Assembly: GCA_963669175.1 (NCBI GenBank)
Contig: OY769902.1
Span: 4,256,001 to 4,320,000 of the forward strand
DNA from: a bacterium
Lineage (GTDB): Bacteria > Electryoneota > Electryoneia > Electryoneales > Electryoneaceae
Direction: 5' to 3'
Length of the DNA: 64,000 nt
In this document: positions 39,206 to 49,985 of the stretch, piece after piece
Layout: every line of letters starts with the position of its first letter
How positions within the stretch are numbered: position 1 is the stretch's first letter
Program-made: the position numbers and the translations under genes
The notes under the pieces: model-generated
What the model was told of the DNA's origin: nothing
Database searches by the model: none
The model's input: only the letters and a program-made list of their open reading frames with translations

Positions 39206-39871
39206 ATGAAGAAAGTAGTTGTGGCAAAAGAGATTTTGAAGGCTAACGACGCCATAGCACGTGAGAACCTGAGCAAGCTGGATGCAGCCAATATCTTCTG
39301 TGTGAACCTGCTGGGTTCTCCGGGATCGGGAAAAACCACACTGTTGGAAAAGATGACCCCCTTCCTGAAGGGGCAAGTCCGGGCCGGGGTTATTGAAGGT
39401 GACCTGGCCACCTCCGAAGATGCCGACCGTATTGAGAAAGTCGGCCTGCCTTCGATTCAGATCAATACCGGCGGCGGCTGTCACCTGGAAGCGAACATGG
39501 TCGCTAACGCCCTCGACGCACTGGACCTTTCGCAATTTGACCTGCTGTTCATTGAAAATGTGGGCAACCTGGTCTGCACCGCGGGGCATCAGTTGGGTGA
39601 ACGCTTGCGTATGGTCGTTCTCTCCTCCGCCGAAGGTGATGATAAGGTTGTCAAGTATCCGCCCATGTTCCAGAAAACGAATTCTGTCCTGATCAACAAG
39701 GCGGACCTGCTGCCCTATACCGAGTTTTCCATCGAACGTGTGCATGAAGAAGCACGACGTCTGAACCCGGATGTGGAAATTCTCCAGGCCTCGGCACGCA
39801 CGGGCGAAGGTATTGAAGAGGTCGCTGAGTTTATCCTCGCCAAACGGCAGGAATGGCTTGAAGCACGCTGA
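39206..39871 (+). CDS. hypB: Hydrogenase nickel GTPase HypB
   Basis: GSPGSGKTTLLE, IEGD, TGGGCHLEA, ENVGNLVC, EGDDK..KYP. Confidence 0.95.
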   Translation: MKKVVVAKEILKANDAIARENLSKLDAANIFCVNLLGSPGSGKTTLLEKMTPFLKGQVRAGVIEGDLATSEDADRIEKVGLPSIQINTGGGCHLEANMVANALDALDLSQFDLLFIENVGNLVCTAGHQLGERLRMVVLSSAEGDDKVVKYPPMFQKTNSVLINKADLLPYTEFSIERVHEEARRLNPDVEILQASARTGEGIEEVAEFILAKRQEWLEAR

Positions 39872-40093
39872 AGCGAAGCGGAAGCTTGTTGGCCCCGCCG
39901 GCTTGAAGCACGCTGAAGCGAAGCGGAAGCGGCTGTCCGGCGGTGGTCTATTCTTAATAAAACAAAGGATTACACCTTTTGTAGTAAAAATGCTTCGCAA
40001 CCGGAAAGCACGCTGAAGCGCGCTCGTAATCGGGGGTACAACCTTCCCACCCGGCTAAAGCCGGGTGCTAAGAGGAGCCTGCTGAAGCAGGCT
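39855..40093. repeat. 31-bp direct repeats and GCTGAAGC/GGCTAAAGCC REP-like hairpins
   Basis: GGCTTGAAGCACGCTGAAGCGAAGCGGAAGC at 39855-39885 and 39900-39930; CACCCGGCTAAAGCCGGGTG and AGCCTGCTGAAGCAGGCT. Confidence 0.8.
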
Positions 40094-40180
40094 AAATATT
40101 GCTACAGATCAAGAGCATACAGAAGAATGGTATACATACATAATGTAAAAAAACCTTACATTATAAGTTTTTCTTAAATT

Positions 40181-40353
40181 ACAACTTTACAACTTTACAA
40201 CTTTACAACTTTACAACTTTACAACTTTACAACTTTACAACTTTACAACTTTACAACTTTACAACTTTACAACTTTACAACTTTACAACTTTACAACTTT
40301 ACAACTTTACAACTTTACAACTTTACAACTTTACAACTTTACAACTTTACAAC
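40181..40353 (+). repeat. Perfect octamer array (ACAACTTT)x21
   Basis: Counted directly; ends 3 bp before the hypF ATG. Confidence 0.95.
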
Positions 40354-40356
40354 AGC

Positions 40357-42654
40357 ATGAGTAAGCGAGAAGCACGAAAAATCCATATATCCGGCGCTGT
40401 GCAAGGTGTCGGATTTCGTCCTTTTGTCTGGCGCATCGCCCATGAGGAAGGTGTCACGGGCGAAGTCGCCAATACGGCGGAGGGTGTGATTATCTCTGTC
40501 GAGGGAGATTCTGCTCAGGTCGATCGTTTCCTTCAACGTCTGCAACAGGAACCGCCCGCCCTTGCACGGATTGACAGCATCCGTGTAGAACCGGCTTCTC
40601 TGTCCAATGTCACGTCCTTTACCATTGTGGAGTCTTCCGGCGGCGTAGCGAACACAGTAATCCTGCCTGACATCGGGTTATGCGATGACTGCTTGATGGA
40701 ACTTTTCGATCCCTCGGAACGGCGTTTTCGTTACCCGTTTATCACCTGCACCAACTGCGGTCCACGCTACAGTATCATCGAAAAACTGCCGTATGATCGT
40801 CCCAATACAACCATGAAGGATTTTCCGCTTTGTCCCGATTGCGCACGTGAATATGCTGATCCATCGGACCGTCGTTTTCACGCTCAGCCACTGGCCTGCC
40901 CGGTCTGCGGCCCTCAACTGGCATTGTTGGATGGCGATGGAAATGTTCTGGCCGAGAAAGATGACGCCCTGATTCAAACCATCCTTGCCATTCAGGACGG
41001 GAAGATCGTTGCGGTTAAAGGCATTGGCGGTTTTCAACTGATGGTCAACGCGCTGAATGAAGACGCGGTTAAACGGTTGCGTTTACGGAAACAGCGTGAA
41101 GAAAAACCCTTCGCGGTGATGATGAGTAATGGCGGGCAGGTGTGCGACTATGTTGAAGCCGATGCGTCCGCTTTCGCGGTCATGTCCGGTCCGGAAGCGC
41201 CGATCCTGCTGTGTCGTAAACGTACTGATCCGTTAGCCAGGCAACTTCCGGATGCGATTGCGCCGGGCAATCCGAACCTGGGCGTCATGTTGCCCTATTC
41301 CCCACTTCACTATTTGCTGATGGGCAGCCTGGGGATTCCGGTTGTCGCCACCAGTGGCAACCTGTCTGACGAACCGATTTGTATCGATGAACAGGAAGCG
41401 CTGGAACGATTGCACGGGATCGCAGACCTGTTCCTGGTACATAATCGCCCGATTGCTCGTCATGTGGATGATTCGGTTGTACGGTTGGTGAATGATGAGG
41501 TGCAGGTGCTACGGCGTGCGCGAGGTTATGCGCCAATGCCGGTACGTTTTGAACAACCTCTCCCGCACATCCTTGCAGTCGGCGCACACTTCAAGAATAC
41601 AGTCGCCCTCTCCGTTGGTCAGAATGTGTTTCTGAGTCAGCATATCGGCGACCTGGAAACAGTGGAAGCTCACCGGGCGTTTCGTGAAAGCGTGGAATCG
41701 CTGCGTGGGCTGTATGACCATCCTCTCGATGCGGTAGCCTGCGACCTGCACCCGGATTACCTGTCCACCCAATACGCGAAATCGTTGGATGTGCCGGTAA
41801 TACCGGTGCAACACCATGAAGCTCATGTGGTCAGTTGCCTGGCTGAGAACCACCTGACCGGCCCGGCGGTCGGGATCGCCTGGGATGGATTGGGCCTGGG
41901 GCATGACCGGACTATCTGGGGCGGTGAGTTTTTCCGGGTTGATGAAGATTATAGCTGCGAACGAGTCGCCAGCCTCATCCCCTTCCCGCTCCCCGGCGGC
42001 GATAAAGCCAATCGTGAACCACGACGGGCTGCGTTGGGTGTGCTGTATACCTTGCTAGGTGAGGACATTTTCCAGCGAAATGACCTGGCTTCCGTGACTG
42101 CTTTTGCTGAGCATGAGTTGACGATGCTGAAAGAGATGTTGTCGCGAGGAACCAATTGCCCTGTGACCAGCAGCATGGGGCGTTTGTTTGACGTAGTAGC
42201 TTCACTGCTGGATCTGCGACAAATCCTGACATTCGAAGGGCAGGCCGCCATGCAGTTGGAATACCTCCTTCATGGAGACATACCTGACAGCAAACCCTAT
42301 TCTTTCCAATGGGTAGAATCCGATCAGGATGTGACCAGGTTGGATTGGCGGCCAATGGTGCGGCAGATTCTGGATAACATTGGAAACGGTATTGCGTGCG
42401 AAATTATCAGCAGGCGTTTTCATGATACGCTGGTTGATATCATCCTTGATGCCACGATACGGTTCGGAGAAAAAAGGGTAGCCATGTCCGGCGGCTGTTT
42501 CCAGAATCGTTATCTTCTGGAACAGGCAATCAAACGGATGACAGAAAACGGATTCGAGCCTGTCTGGCACCGTGAGTTACCGCCCAATGATGGGGGTATC
42601 GCCCTGGGGCAGGTGATGATTGCGGGTAGGATTTTGAAGCAAAGAGAAGAATGA
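40357..42654 (+). CDS. hypF: Carbamoyltransferase HypF
   Basis: VQGVGFRP acylphosphatase, CxxC zinc fingers, KGIGG, RRARGYAP, DLHPDY, QHHEAH, PPNDGG. Confidence 0.97.
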   Translation: MSKREARKIHISGAVQGVGFRPFVWRIAHEEGVTGEVANTAEGVIISVEGDSAQVDRFLQRLQQEPPALARIDSIRVEPASLSNVTSFTIVESSGGVANTVILPDIGLCDDCLMELFDPSERRFRYPFITCTNCGPRYSIIEKLPYDRPNTTMKDFPLCPDCAREYADPSDRRFHAQPLACPVCGPQLALLDGDGNVLAEKDDALIQTILAIQDGKIVAVKGIGGFQLMVNALNEDAVKRLRLRKQREEKPFAVMMSNGGQVCDYVEADASAFAVMSGPEAPILLCRKRTDPLARQLPDAIAPGNPNLGVMLPYSPLHYLLMGSLGIPVVATSGNLSDEPICIDEQEALERLHGIADLFLVHNRPIARHVDDSVVRLVNDEVQVLRRARGYAPMPVRFEQPLPHILAVGAHFKNTVALSVGQNVFLSQHIGDLETVEAHRAFRESVESLRGLYDHPLDAVACDLHPDYLSTQYAKSLDVPVIPVQHHEAHVVSCLAENHLTGPAVGIAWDGLGLGHDRTIWGGEFFRVDEDYSCERVASLIPFPLPGGDKANREPRRAALGVLYTLLGEDIFQRNDLASVTAFAEHELTMLKEMLSRGTNCPVTSSMGRLFDVVASLLDLRQILTFEGQAAMQLEYLLHGDIPDSKPYSFQWVESDQDVTRLDWRPMVRQILDNIGNGIACEIISRRFHDTLVDIILDATIRFGEKRVAMSGGCFQNRYLLEQAIKRMTENGFEPVWHRELPPNDGGIALGQVMIAGRILKQREE

Positions 42655-42664
42655 GGAGACACGT

Positions 42665-42919
42665 ATGTGTCTGGCGATACCGGGACGTATTGAATCCATC
42701 ACGGGCGACGACCTGATGCGTACAGCGCAGGTGGATTTTGGTGGCGTCTCACGTAGTGTAAATCTCGCTGTCACCCCGGAAGCCAAAGTCGGTGACTGGG
42801 TGCTGGTGCATGTCGGGATGGCGATTAACGTCATTGATGAAGAGGCTGCCAAGGAGGTGATTGCCGATCTCGAGCAATTACGTGCGTTGGACGATCATGA
42901 CGGGGAGCCGTCCACGTGA
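42665..42919 (+). CDS. hypC: HypC
   Basis: [16 protein letters not shown]. Confidence 0.97.
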   Translation: MCLAIPGRIESITGDDLMRTAQVDFGGVSRSVNLAVTPEAKVGDWVLVHVGMAINVIDEEAAKEVIADLEQLRALDDHDGEPST

Positions 42920-44001
42920 AATACCTCGATGAGTTCCGTGACCCCCAGGCTGCGAAAGCTTTACTGCATGAAATAGCGCAGACCGTCACCCGTCCCTGGA
43001 CACTGATGGAGGTATGTGGCGGACAGACTCACAGCATTGTGCGCTTTGGTCTGGACCAATTGTTGCCGGAAAAAATCCGGCTGGTGCATGGTCCGGGCTG
43101 TCCGGTATGTGTAACTGCTGCGGCGACAATCGACAAAGCGGTGGCAATTGCCGGAATGCCGGATGTGATTTTCACCTCGTTCGGGGATATGCTTCGTGTG
43201 CCGGGTGGACGTTATGACCTGTTCAGCGCACGTAGCGAAGGCGCAGATGTTCGTACAGTCTATTCCCCACTCGATGCCGTAACACTGGCCCAACAGAATC
43301 CTGATAAAAAAGTAGTGTTCTTTGCGGTTGGTTTTGAAACCACAGCCCCGGCAACAGCCGCAGCCGTTTTGACTGCAGAACAGCTTGGTCTGGAGAATTT
43401 TTACCTTCTGACCGCTCATGTGCTGGTTCCACCTGCGATTACCACAATCATGGATTTGCCCGGAACACAGGTACAGGGATTCCTGGCTGCTGGACATGTT
43501 AATGCAGTGACCGGGTTTGAAGAATATGAACCCATCGTGCAAAAATATGGTGTCCCGATTGTGGTAACCGGTTTTGAGCCGTTTGACCTGTTGAAGGGGA
43601 TTCTGGAAACGGTCACACGATTGGAGCGTGGCGAACCGGCTGTAGTCAATGCCTATTCACGTGCTGTCCAGCGTGAAGGCAACACACATGCGCTGGCCTT
43701 GATTCGCAAGGTATTCAGCGTATGCGACCGTGAATGGCGGGGTATCGGTGTTATCCCGCATAGCGGCTGGACATTAAATGAAACCTATGCCGCATTTGAT
43801 GCAGAAAAGCACTTTGATACAGGTGCGCCGGTGATTCGAGAAGAAGTCGTTTGCATTAGTGGCCAGATTTTGCAGGGAATCAAGAAACCGTCCGACTGCC
43901 CGGCCTTCGGTACAACCTGCACCCCGCATCATCCCCTTGGAGCGACTATGGTTTCAAATGAAGGGGCCTGTGCGGCATACTTCAAGTACAGGGGAAAGTG
44001 A
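42916..44001 (+). CDS. hypD: HypD
   Basis: [31 protein letters not shown]. Confidence 0.97.
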   Translation: MKYLDEFRDPQAAKALLHEIAQTVTRPWTLMEVCGGQTHSIVRFGLDQLLPEKIRLVHGPGCPVCVTAAATIDKAVAIAGMPDVIFTSFGDMLRVPGGRYDLFSARSEGADVRTVYSPLDAVTLAQQNPDKKVVFFAVGFETTAPATAAAVLTAEQLGLENFYLLTAHVLVPPAITTIMDLPGTQVQGFLAAGHVNAVTGFEEYEPIVQKYGVPIVVTGFEPFDLLKGILETVTRLERGEPAVVNAYSRAVQREGNTHALALIRKVFSVCDREWRGIGVIPHSGWTLNETYAAFDAEKHFDTGAPVIREEVVCISGQILQGIKKPSDCPAFGTTCTPHHPLGATMVSNEGACAAYFKYRGK

Positions 44002-44089
44002 AAAAGTAGGCAGTGAAAAAGGTAAAAAAGGTAAAGAAGGATACAACAAATCGGATATCAGCTACTATTATTTATTTTCAACACAACAA

Positions 44090-44192
44090 CAATTCCTAAT
44101 TCCTAATTTCTAATCATATTGTGGTTCCTGATCACTAATTGTTCGCTAGTTTTAATTTTTGATTCTTAATTCTTAATTCTTAATTCTTAATT
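44090..44192. repeat. Heptamer mosaic (TTCCTAA)n and (TTCTTAA)x4
   Basis: Reverse complements of the 22309-22444 units, between hypD and hypE. Confidence 0.8.
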
Positions 44193-44213
44193 GATTTAAG
44201 TTGTGGGGTTTCC

Positions 44214-45269
44214 ATGAAGAAAGAAGCTGAGTTTACCTTGTCTTGTCCGTTACCGATAGCGGAGTATCCCACCATACAGCAGGCGCATGGTGGCGGGGGT
44301 ACTCTGATGCATCAATTGATTGAGAAGGTGTTTGTCGCTGCTTTCGGAGATGATTCTGTCGAAAGCAGGCACGATGCTGCACGTTTTGATCTTCCTGAAG
44401 GATCATTGGCCTTCACCACAGATTCTTTTGTGGTGAAACCGCTCTTCTTTCCCGGTGGCAATATCGGGTCGCTGGCGATTCACGGAACCGTGAACGATTT
44501 ATCCGCAGCCGGCGCCCAACCACTCTATCTCAGCGCGGGATTTATCCTGGAAGAAGGGCTGCCGATGGAATCGTTGTGGGCCATCGTAACCTCCATGCGG
44601 CATGCCGCGGATGAAGCGGGAGTAAAAATCGTTACCGGCGACACCAAGGTTGTTGAACGTGGTAAGGGTGATGGTGTTTATATCAACACATCCGGCGTAG
44701 GCGTTATTCCTCCGGGCATTCGCATTCACCCGGACCGGATCAGGCCCGGCGATGTGCTATTGGTTAATGGCGATTTGGGACGGCATGGCTCGGCGATCAT
44801 GGCAGCGCGTGAAGATCTGGGCTTCGCCTCCACCATCGAAACCGATTCCGCAGCGTTGAATGGGCTGGTCACAGCGTTGCTTGAAGCTGGAATCGATGTG
44901 CATTGTATTCGTGACCTGACCCGTGGCGGGTTGGGCAGTGCCTTGAATGAGCTGGCCGAAACGGCTGATGTAGGCGTTGAGGTTGACGAAAACACGATCC
45001 GTGTGCGGGATGATGTACAAGCGTTATGTGAAGTCCTGGGGCTTGATCCGTTGTATGTGGCTAATGAGGGACGGATGGTGATCATTGTCCCGGAAGCGGA
45101 AGCCCAGCGTGCGTTGGAAATCATGCGGACAGTTGTAACAGGAGAAGACAGTTTCGTTTGCGGAAAGGTTACCGATTCCGACCGTGGCATAGTGTTGCTG
45201 AAAACCGGGCTTGGTTCTAAACGGGTGCTGTCCATGCTGAGTGGCGAGCAGTTGCCACGTATTTGTTGA
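44214..45269 (+). CDS. hypE: HypE
   Basis: HGGGG, TTDSFVV.P, GTVND, GDTKVV, RDLTRGG, C-terminal PRIC. Confidence 0.97.
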   Translation: MKKEAEFTLSCPLPIAEYPTIQQAHGGGGTLMHQLIEKVFVAAFGDDSVESRHDAARFDLPEGSLAFTTDSFVVKPLFFPGGNIGSLAIHGTVNDLSAAGAQPLYLSAGFILEEGLPMESLWAIVTSMRHAADEAGVKIVTGDTKVVERGKGDGVYINTSGVGVIPPGIRIHPDRIRPGDVLLVNGDLGRHGSAIMAAREDLGFASTIETDSAALNGLVTALLEAGIDVHCIRDLTRGGLGSALNELAETADVGVEVDENTIRVRDDVQALCEVLGLDPLYVANEGRMVIIVPEAEAQRALEIMRTVVTGEDSFVCGKVTDSDRGIVLLKTGLGSKRVLSMLSGEQLPRIC

Positions 45270-45290
45270 CAACGTGAGGCTTTTATATTT

Positions 45291-45623
45291 GGCTGCTCAC
45301 AGGAATTTGTGTGAATTATCTACGAGTACGTTTCGTCAGGTCTTGACGTGATGCCGTTTTCGCGTTCTTCTCCGCAATTTCAGACACCTGTCCGACTTCA
45401 CACATGCTATTTCGCTTGATGGATCGTCATCAGGCATCACGTTGTGACCTGACGACAGCGAGAATGTTGAATCAGGTGGCAGGTCACAACGCGACAATAA
45501 CAGGGCGCGAGGTGGTTTCAGTATCATTGTGCATTCTGGAAAACACAGCAAAAGTCGAAGACGAAATGTCGCGTCAAGACCTGCCACAACATCGCCCGGA
45601 TGCACAAATTCTTGTGAGGAACC
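45291..45623 (+). mobile_element. MITE family 1, copy 3
   Basis: Full-length homology and TIRs as at 2767-3098. Confidence 0.85.
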
Positions 45624-45694
45624 TCATATATGAATCCTTTGATTGCAATGAAAAACGCTTACACACTCCCCATGTTCTGCTTATATTCCTGCTG

Positions 45695-46318
45695 ATGAGC
45701 GAACTTGTCGACACATACCTCACACTGGCCGGCGAAGGTCAGGCGCGCACCAAGGTCAAGGGAAGCGTGTTCATCGCTTATGCTGTCCCGGTCGCAGACG
45801 CTGAAGACGCGGACCGTATCCTGCAAGGCTGGTGGAAGCAGCATTATGACGCGACCCATATCGGTTGGGGACGTCGGCTGGGTGTGCCCCCGGATGGCGA
45901 AGAACGCTGGGATGACAACGGCGAACCGCACGGCACCACCGGCCCGCCTATCCTCCAGGCAATCACCGGACAGGATTTGTGGGGAGTACTGGTCGGTGTT
46001 GTCCGTTATTACGGCGGCACCAAACTGGGCACAGGCGGCTTGGTACGGGCGTATGGTGAGGCGGCAGTTAAAGCGGTCGCGGCAGCTCCACGAAAAACCA
46101 TTCATATCACCGATACGCTACATGTAACCGTGCCTCTCCCCCTTATCGGGCAAGTGTATTCGGAAGCGGACAAGGCAGGCGCTGTTCCGTCCGAGCCGAT
46201 TTATGCGCCCAATGAAGTCACCATCCCGCTGACCATTTCCATCCTTCGTACTGAAGCTCTGAAAATTTCCCTGCGTGATGCCACAGCCGGGAAAGCGTTG
46301 ATGAGGATCGACTCATGA
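45695..46318 (+). CDS. yigZ: IMPACT/YigZ family protein
   Basis: KGSVFIA, ATH, DDNGEP.GT.G.PIL, RYYGGTKLGTGGLVRAY. Confidence 0.92.
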   Translation: MSELVDTYLTLAGEGQARTKVKGSVFIAYAVPVADAEDADRILQGWWKQHYDATHIGWGRRLGVPPDGEERWDDNGEPHGTTGPPILQAITGQDLWGVLVGVVRYYGGTKLGTGGLVRAYGEAAVKAVAAAPRKTIHITDTLHVTVPLPLIGQVYSEADKAGAVPSEPIYAPNEVTIPLTISILRTEALKISLRDATAGKALMRIDS

Positions 46319-47547
46319 GTCTCGATTTGATTCTTCTGATCCTCTGCCTGTTACTGAGCGGCTTTTTCTCCGGAACGGAAACAGCGTATACCGTTGTACG
46401 GCGAATTGCGGTAGAAGTGTACGTCCGTCATAATCGTGTCGGTTCGAAAGTCGCACAAAAGTTCGCGTCCAATACCAACCTGCTGTTTACCATTGTCCTG
46501 GTCGCCAACAACCTGGTCGCAGTGGTGTACTCTTCAGTGGCAGCGCTTTTTCTTCGGGCCATTGGCGTTCCGATGGAGATCGTTTTTATTGTGAGCCCTT
46601 TGCTACTGCTGGTATTCGGCGAGATCCTGCCGAAAACCCTGGCGCGTGATGTGGCGGAAAAATGGGTTCTCCTGTCCGCTTGGCCGTTGCGCTTATTTTA
46701 CTGGTTACTCTGGCCGTTGGTAATTATCAGTAGTGCGGCCAGCAAGGTTGTCCTGTTCCTCTTTGGCGAGAAAAGTACTGATCGTGATGCACATTCGCTT
46801 ACCTTGACCGACCTTCGTGTGACTTGGCATGAACTCAGGCGTAGCGGACAAGTGGACTGGGATGAAGCGGAGATGCTGGATCGTGTGGTAACGCTTCGCC
46901 ATATGAAGCTCCGTTCAGCCATGACTCCACGTCCCCAGATTGTCGGTATCCCCGAAAATGCGTCGCGCGAAGAAGTTGTCGATGCGATTCACAGTTCCGG
47001 CTATTCACGCTTCCCGGTATACCGTGAGAATATTGATCATATTGTAGGCATCCTGCTGGCTTGGGATCTGTTGCGAAATGACAGCGACACCTCGGTTTTA
47101 ATCCGTCCGGCATTGTTCGTGCCCTTGCAGTCCCCTGTCGCCAAGGTCATCTCCAAGCTGAAAGAGCAGAAAACAGGAATGGCCATCGTGGTTGATGAGC
47201 ATGGCGGTACGGCCGGATTGATTACGATTGAGGATCTGGTTGAAGAAATAGTCGGTGAGATTGATGATGAGTTTGACCGACATTCGTTCAAACCACGCGA
47301 AGTCGCACACGGCGCTTTCCTGCTGCCCGGGGTTGCTGATCTGGACATGATCCGTCGCCAATGCAACATCACCTTACCTGAAGGTGATTATGAGACTGTT
47401 GCCGGCTTGGTGATTGACCGGTTAAAAGGTATCCCGGAGCCGGGCGCAACGATTCAGGTGGGATCAGCGATTATTCGTGTTGCCGACGCGGATGACCGTC
47501 GCATTAAACGAGTGCTGGTTCGCGCGCGTCAACCAAAAAGTAACTGA
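46315..47547 (+). CDS. HlyC/CorC (CNNM-CBS-CorC) transporter
   Basis: [50 protein letters not shown]. Confidence 0.92.
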   Translation: MSLDLILLILCLLLSGFFSGTETAYTVVRRIAVEVYVRHNRVGSKVAQKFASNTNLLFTIVLVANNLVAVVYSSVAALFLRAIGVPMEIVFIVSPLLLLVFGEILPKTLARDVAEKWVLLSAWPLRLFYWLLWPLVIISSAASKVVLFLFGEKSTDRDAHSLTLTDLRVTWHELRRSGQVDWDEAEMLDRVVTLRHMKLRSAMTPRPQIVGIPENASREEVVDAIHSSGYSRFPVYRENIDHIVGILLAWDLLRNDSDTSVLIRPALFVPLQSPVAKVISKLKEQKTGMAIVVDEHGGTAGLITIEDLVEEIVGEIDDEFDRHSFKPREVAHGAFLLPGVADLDMIRRQCNITLPEGDYETVAGLVIDRLKGIPEPGATIQVGSAIIRVADADDRRIKRVLVRARQPKSN

Positions 47548-47553
47548 GAAGCA

Positions 47554-47705
47554 TATGGCAATTCCAATTATTAATCCGTCATAGGGTCATGTGCTATATC
47601 AGTGAAATATCCTCTAAATGGTTGGAAGAAAGGATCATGGGAAAAGGGGACTGCCCTTTTACCGGCAATCTCCATGGTGACGGAATAAAATCGAGAACAG
47701 ATATT
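47554..47705 (-). mobile_element. MITE family 2, short degenerate copy C
   Basis: Reverse complement reads TATCTGTTCTCGATTTTATTCCGTCACCATGGAGATTGCCGG; other end TATGGCAATTCCAATTATTAATCCGTCAT. Confidence 0.65.
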
Positions 47706-47823
47706 CAATACAGAACAATATTCAGAAACTCCAGGCAGGTAGATCGAGTGCAATAGATTGGTATATTGTTCTGCAAGGCTGGAAAATCCGGCTTACGGAC
47801 CCCAACAAAAAAAGGGACCAGGC

Positions 47824-49131
47824 ATGAGAACCAGATCTTTGTTCAAAGGTTGGACGATTAATCGAACCAGGGCTTTGCTGTTATCCGGCCTGTTATTGTT
47901 CAGTATGGCACTGTTGCTGGGCTGTCCGGATGATTCAGATGTTATTCCTCCTGCGCCACCGGAATCCATCCGCCTGGGCGCCGTCCTCGACCGGACAGGT
48001 GCATCTGCCTCTTTTGGTAATCCCTGCGCCATTGCTTGCAGCCTTGCGGCCCTCGATGTCAACGAGTACCTGGTAGAAAATGATATCGACCTTGAGCTTG
48101 ACCTGGTAATTCTGGATGACCAGGGTGATGACGAAGCTGCCGAGGTTCGTCTTTCCAACCTGACCACGGATAATATTCAGTATATCATCGGCCCCTCAAC
48201 CAGCGCCATCGCAGAAGCGGTTCGCAGCCAGGCGCAGCAGCATAACGCCATGATGGTCAGCCCTTCCAGTGTGGCGACTTCGCTCGCGGACTCCACCGAC
48301 ACCATTTACCGTCTGGCGCCGGATGACAGTCATCAGTCTGCGGCGATTACAGCATACATGACACAGGTGGATGATATTGAGGCCGTCATTACCTTGTATC
48401 GTGATGATGTCTGGGGACAGGATCTGTACGAAACGACATCCGCGGACTTCGAAGCGGCCGGCATTGATGTCCTGCAGGGTATTGCCTATCCCACATCCAC
48501 GACAGATTTCACCGCCTATCTTGATGATATTGAAGATATTGTGATGGATGCGATTGATGTATATTCGGACACAACCATCGCAGTGTACATGCTGACTTTC
48601 AACGAAGCGTATTATGTTTTTAATTCACTGCAAGACCATACCCTGAACGCCCAGGAGATGATTCGTTTTTACGGTGCATCCGCCATAGCCAAGAGTCCGG
48701 CAATCTTTGCGAGTTCAAGTGTCGCCAACCTTGCAGCGGTAAAGGGATTCACCTGCCCGGTGTTTGCAGAACAGGATAACCAGGTAGTGGATCAGCTCAG
48801 ATACCGGATCAAACTGATCACGGACGAAGATCCCGGTTCCTACGCATTTGCGGCCTATGACGCCCTTTGGCTTGGCGCACTGGCCTATATCGAAATTGGC
48901 GAAGTAAACCCGGATTTCGACACCTTGCTTAGCGCTTTCCTGCAGGTGAGTTCCGGCTATGAAGGCAAGACAGGCGTCATAGAACTGAATGCCTGTGGTG
49001 ACAGGGCTTTCGGTGACTATGACTTCTGGCAGATCAAGTACGACACAGAGCTGGAAGAGTTTGTCTGGGATAAGGTCGCCATCTGGGATGTCAGCGATGA
49101 TGGCTCAACCGGTTCAATTGTGATTCCATAG
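47824..49131 (+). CDS. Lipoprotein, LivJ/LivK-type substrate-binding protein
   Basis: Lipobox LLGC, IIGP.TS, YRLAPDD, YDA, G.TG.I.LN..GDR. Confidence 0.85.
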   Translation: MRTRSLFKGWTINRTRALLLSGLLLFSMALLLGCPDDSDVIPPAPPESIRLGAVLDRTGASASFGNPCAIACSLAALDVNEYLVENDIDLELDLVILDDQGDDEAAEVRLSNLTTDNIQYIIGPSTSAIAEAVRSQAQQHNAMMVSPSSVATSLADSTDTIYRLAPDDSHQSAAITAYMTQVDDIEAVITLYRDDVWGQDLYETTSADFEAAGIDVLQGIAYPTSTTDFTAYLDDIEDIVMDAIDVYSDTTIAVYMLTFNEAYYVFNSLQDHTLNAQEMIRFYGASAIAKSPAIFASSSVANLAAVKGFTCPVFAEQDNQVVDQLRYRIKLITDEDPGSYAFAAYDALWLGALAYIEIGEVNPDFDTLLSAFLQVSSGYEGKTGVIELNACGDRAFGDYDFWQIKYDTELEEFVWDKVAIWDVSDDGSTGSIVIP

Positions 49132-49179
49132 GATTCATTTTCATTTTGCAGGCAATAGCGCCTCAACAGGGAGAAAGAT

Positions 49180-49779
49180 TTGAACGCCGAAGAAATACTC
49201 GACCACCTCAGTGATGGCAACGAGCGTTTTTGTGACGGGAAGTCTACTCTAACTGCCAAACTTGCTGAACAACGTCTGGATACTGCACAAAACGGGCAGC
49301 ATCCTCATACGGTTGTGTTGACCTGTTCCGACTCACGTGTTGTCCCGGAACTGATTTTTGACCAGGGAATCGGCGAGCTGTTTGTCGTCCGGGTCGCTGG
49401 TAATGTTGCCGGTGAAAGCGAAGTCGGCTCAGTTGAATTCGCTGTAAAGAAGTTGGAAACGCCGCTTCTGATCGTGCTCGGTCACGATGACTGCGGAGCA
49501 GTGACAGCAGCTTGCATGTCCGCCGATGTACCTGAGAACGTGCAGAAAATCCTTGACCGGATTCACCATCCGATCAGGAAAGTGCGTGCTGCTTATCATG
49601 ACATCGATGACCTGACCGAGATTGAACGCGCGATCGAAGCCAATGTCGATCACGTCATCGAAGGTTTGCTGGAAAAGAGCGCGGTGATCTCCGATGCGGT
49701 TGACCAGGGAAAATTGCTGATCGTCCCGGCGATCTATCGTATTGACAGCGGTAAAGTCGTCTACCTCGCTGACCAGTAA
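49180..49779 (+). CDS. Beta-class carbonic anhydrase
   Basis: CSDSRV.PE.IFD, VRVAGN, GHDDCGAV; TTG start behind GGAG. Confidence 0.93.
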   Translation: MNAEEILDHLSDGNERFCDGKSTLTAKLAEQRLDTAQNGQHPHTVVLTCSDSRVVPELIFDQGIGELFVVRVAGNVAGESEVGSVEFAVKKLETPLLIVLGHDDCGAVTAACMSADVPENVQKILDRIHHPIRKVRAAYHDIDDLTEIERAIEANVDHVIEGLLEKSAVISDAVDQGKLLIVPAIYRIDSGKVVYLADQ

Positions 49780-49985
49780 ACACAGGGCTAATTTTGCCTG
49801 TTGATTGAAGTATTCGAGTAATCATAAAGGTTACACTTGATGCTTATTCTCAATTGCGTTTTTACATAAGTCAATAATTAACAATAGCATAAATCGCATC
49901 ATGAATTGTTCTTACTATTTTGAGCGATGCATGTTTATTTTTAGTACGGTATTTGCTACAAGGTTTATGTCGACATTGACCAGCA

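Noticed and set aside
39167-40000. Long antisense ORFs (also 926-1867, 10916-11806, 54358-55464, 62808-63677)
   Set aside because: Shadow frames of well-supported genes
45336-45605. Small minus-strand ORFs shared by MITE-1 copies (also 10414-10638, 2836-3113)
   Set aside because: Frames and stops differ between copies; no recognisable protein motif
45404-45694. 97-aa N-terminal extension of YigZ
   Set aside because: Read-through of MITE-1 copy 3; homology starts at MSELVDTY (45695)
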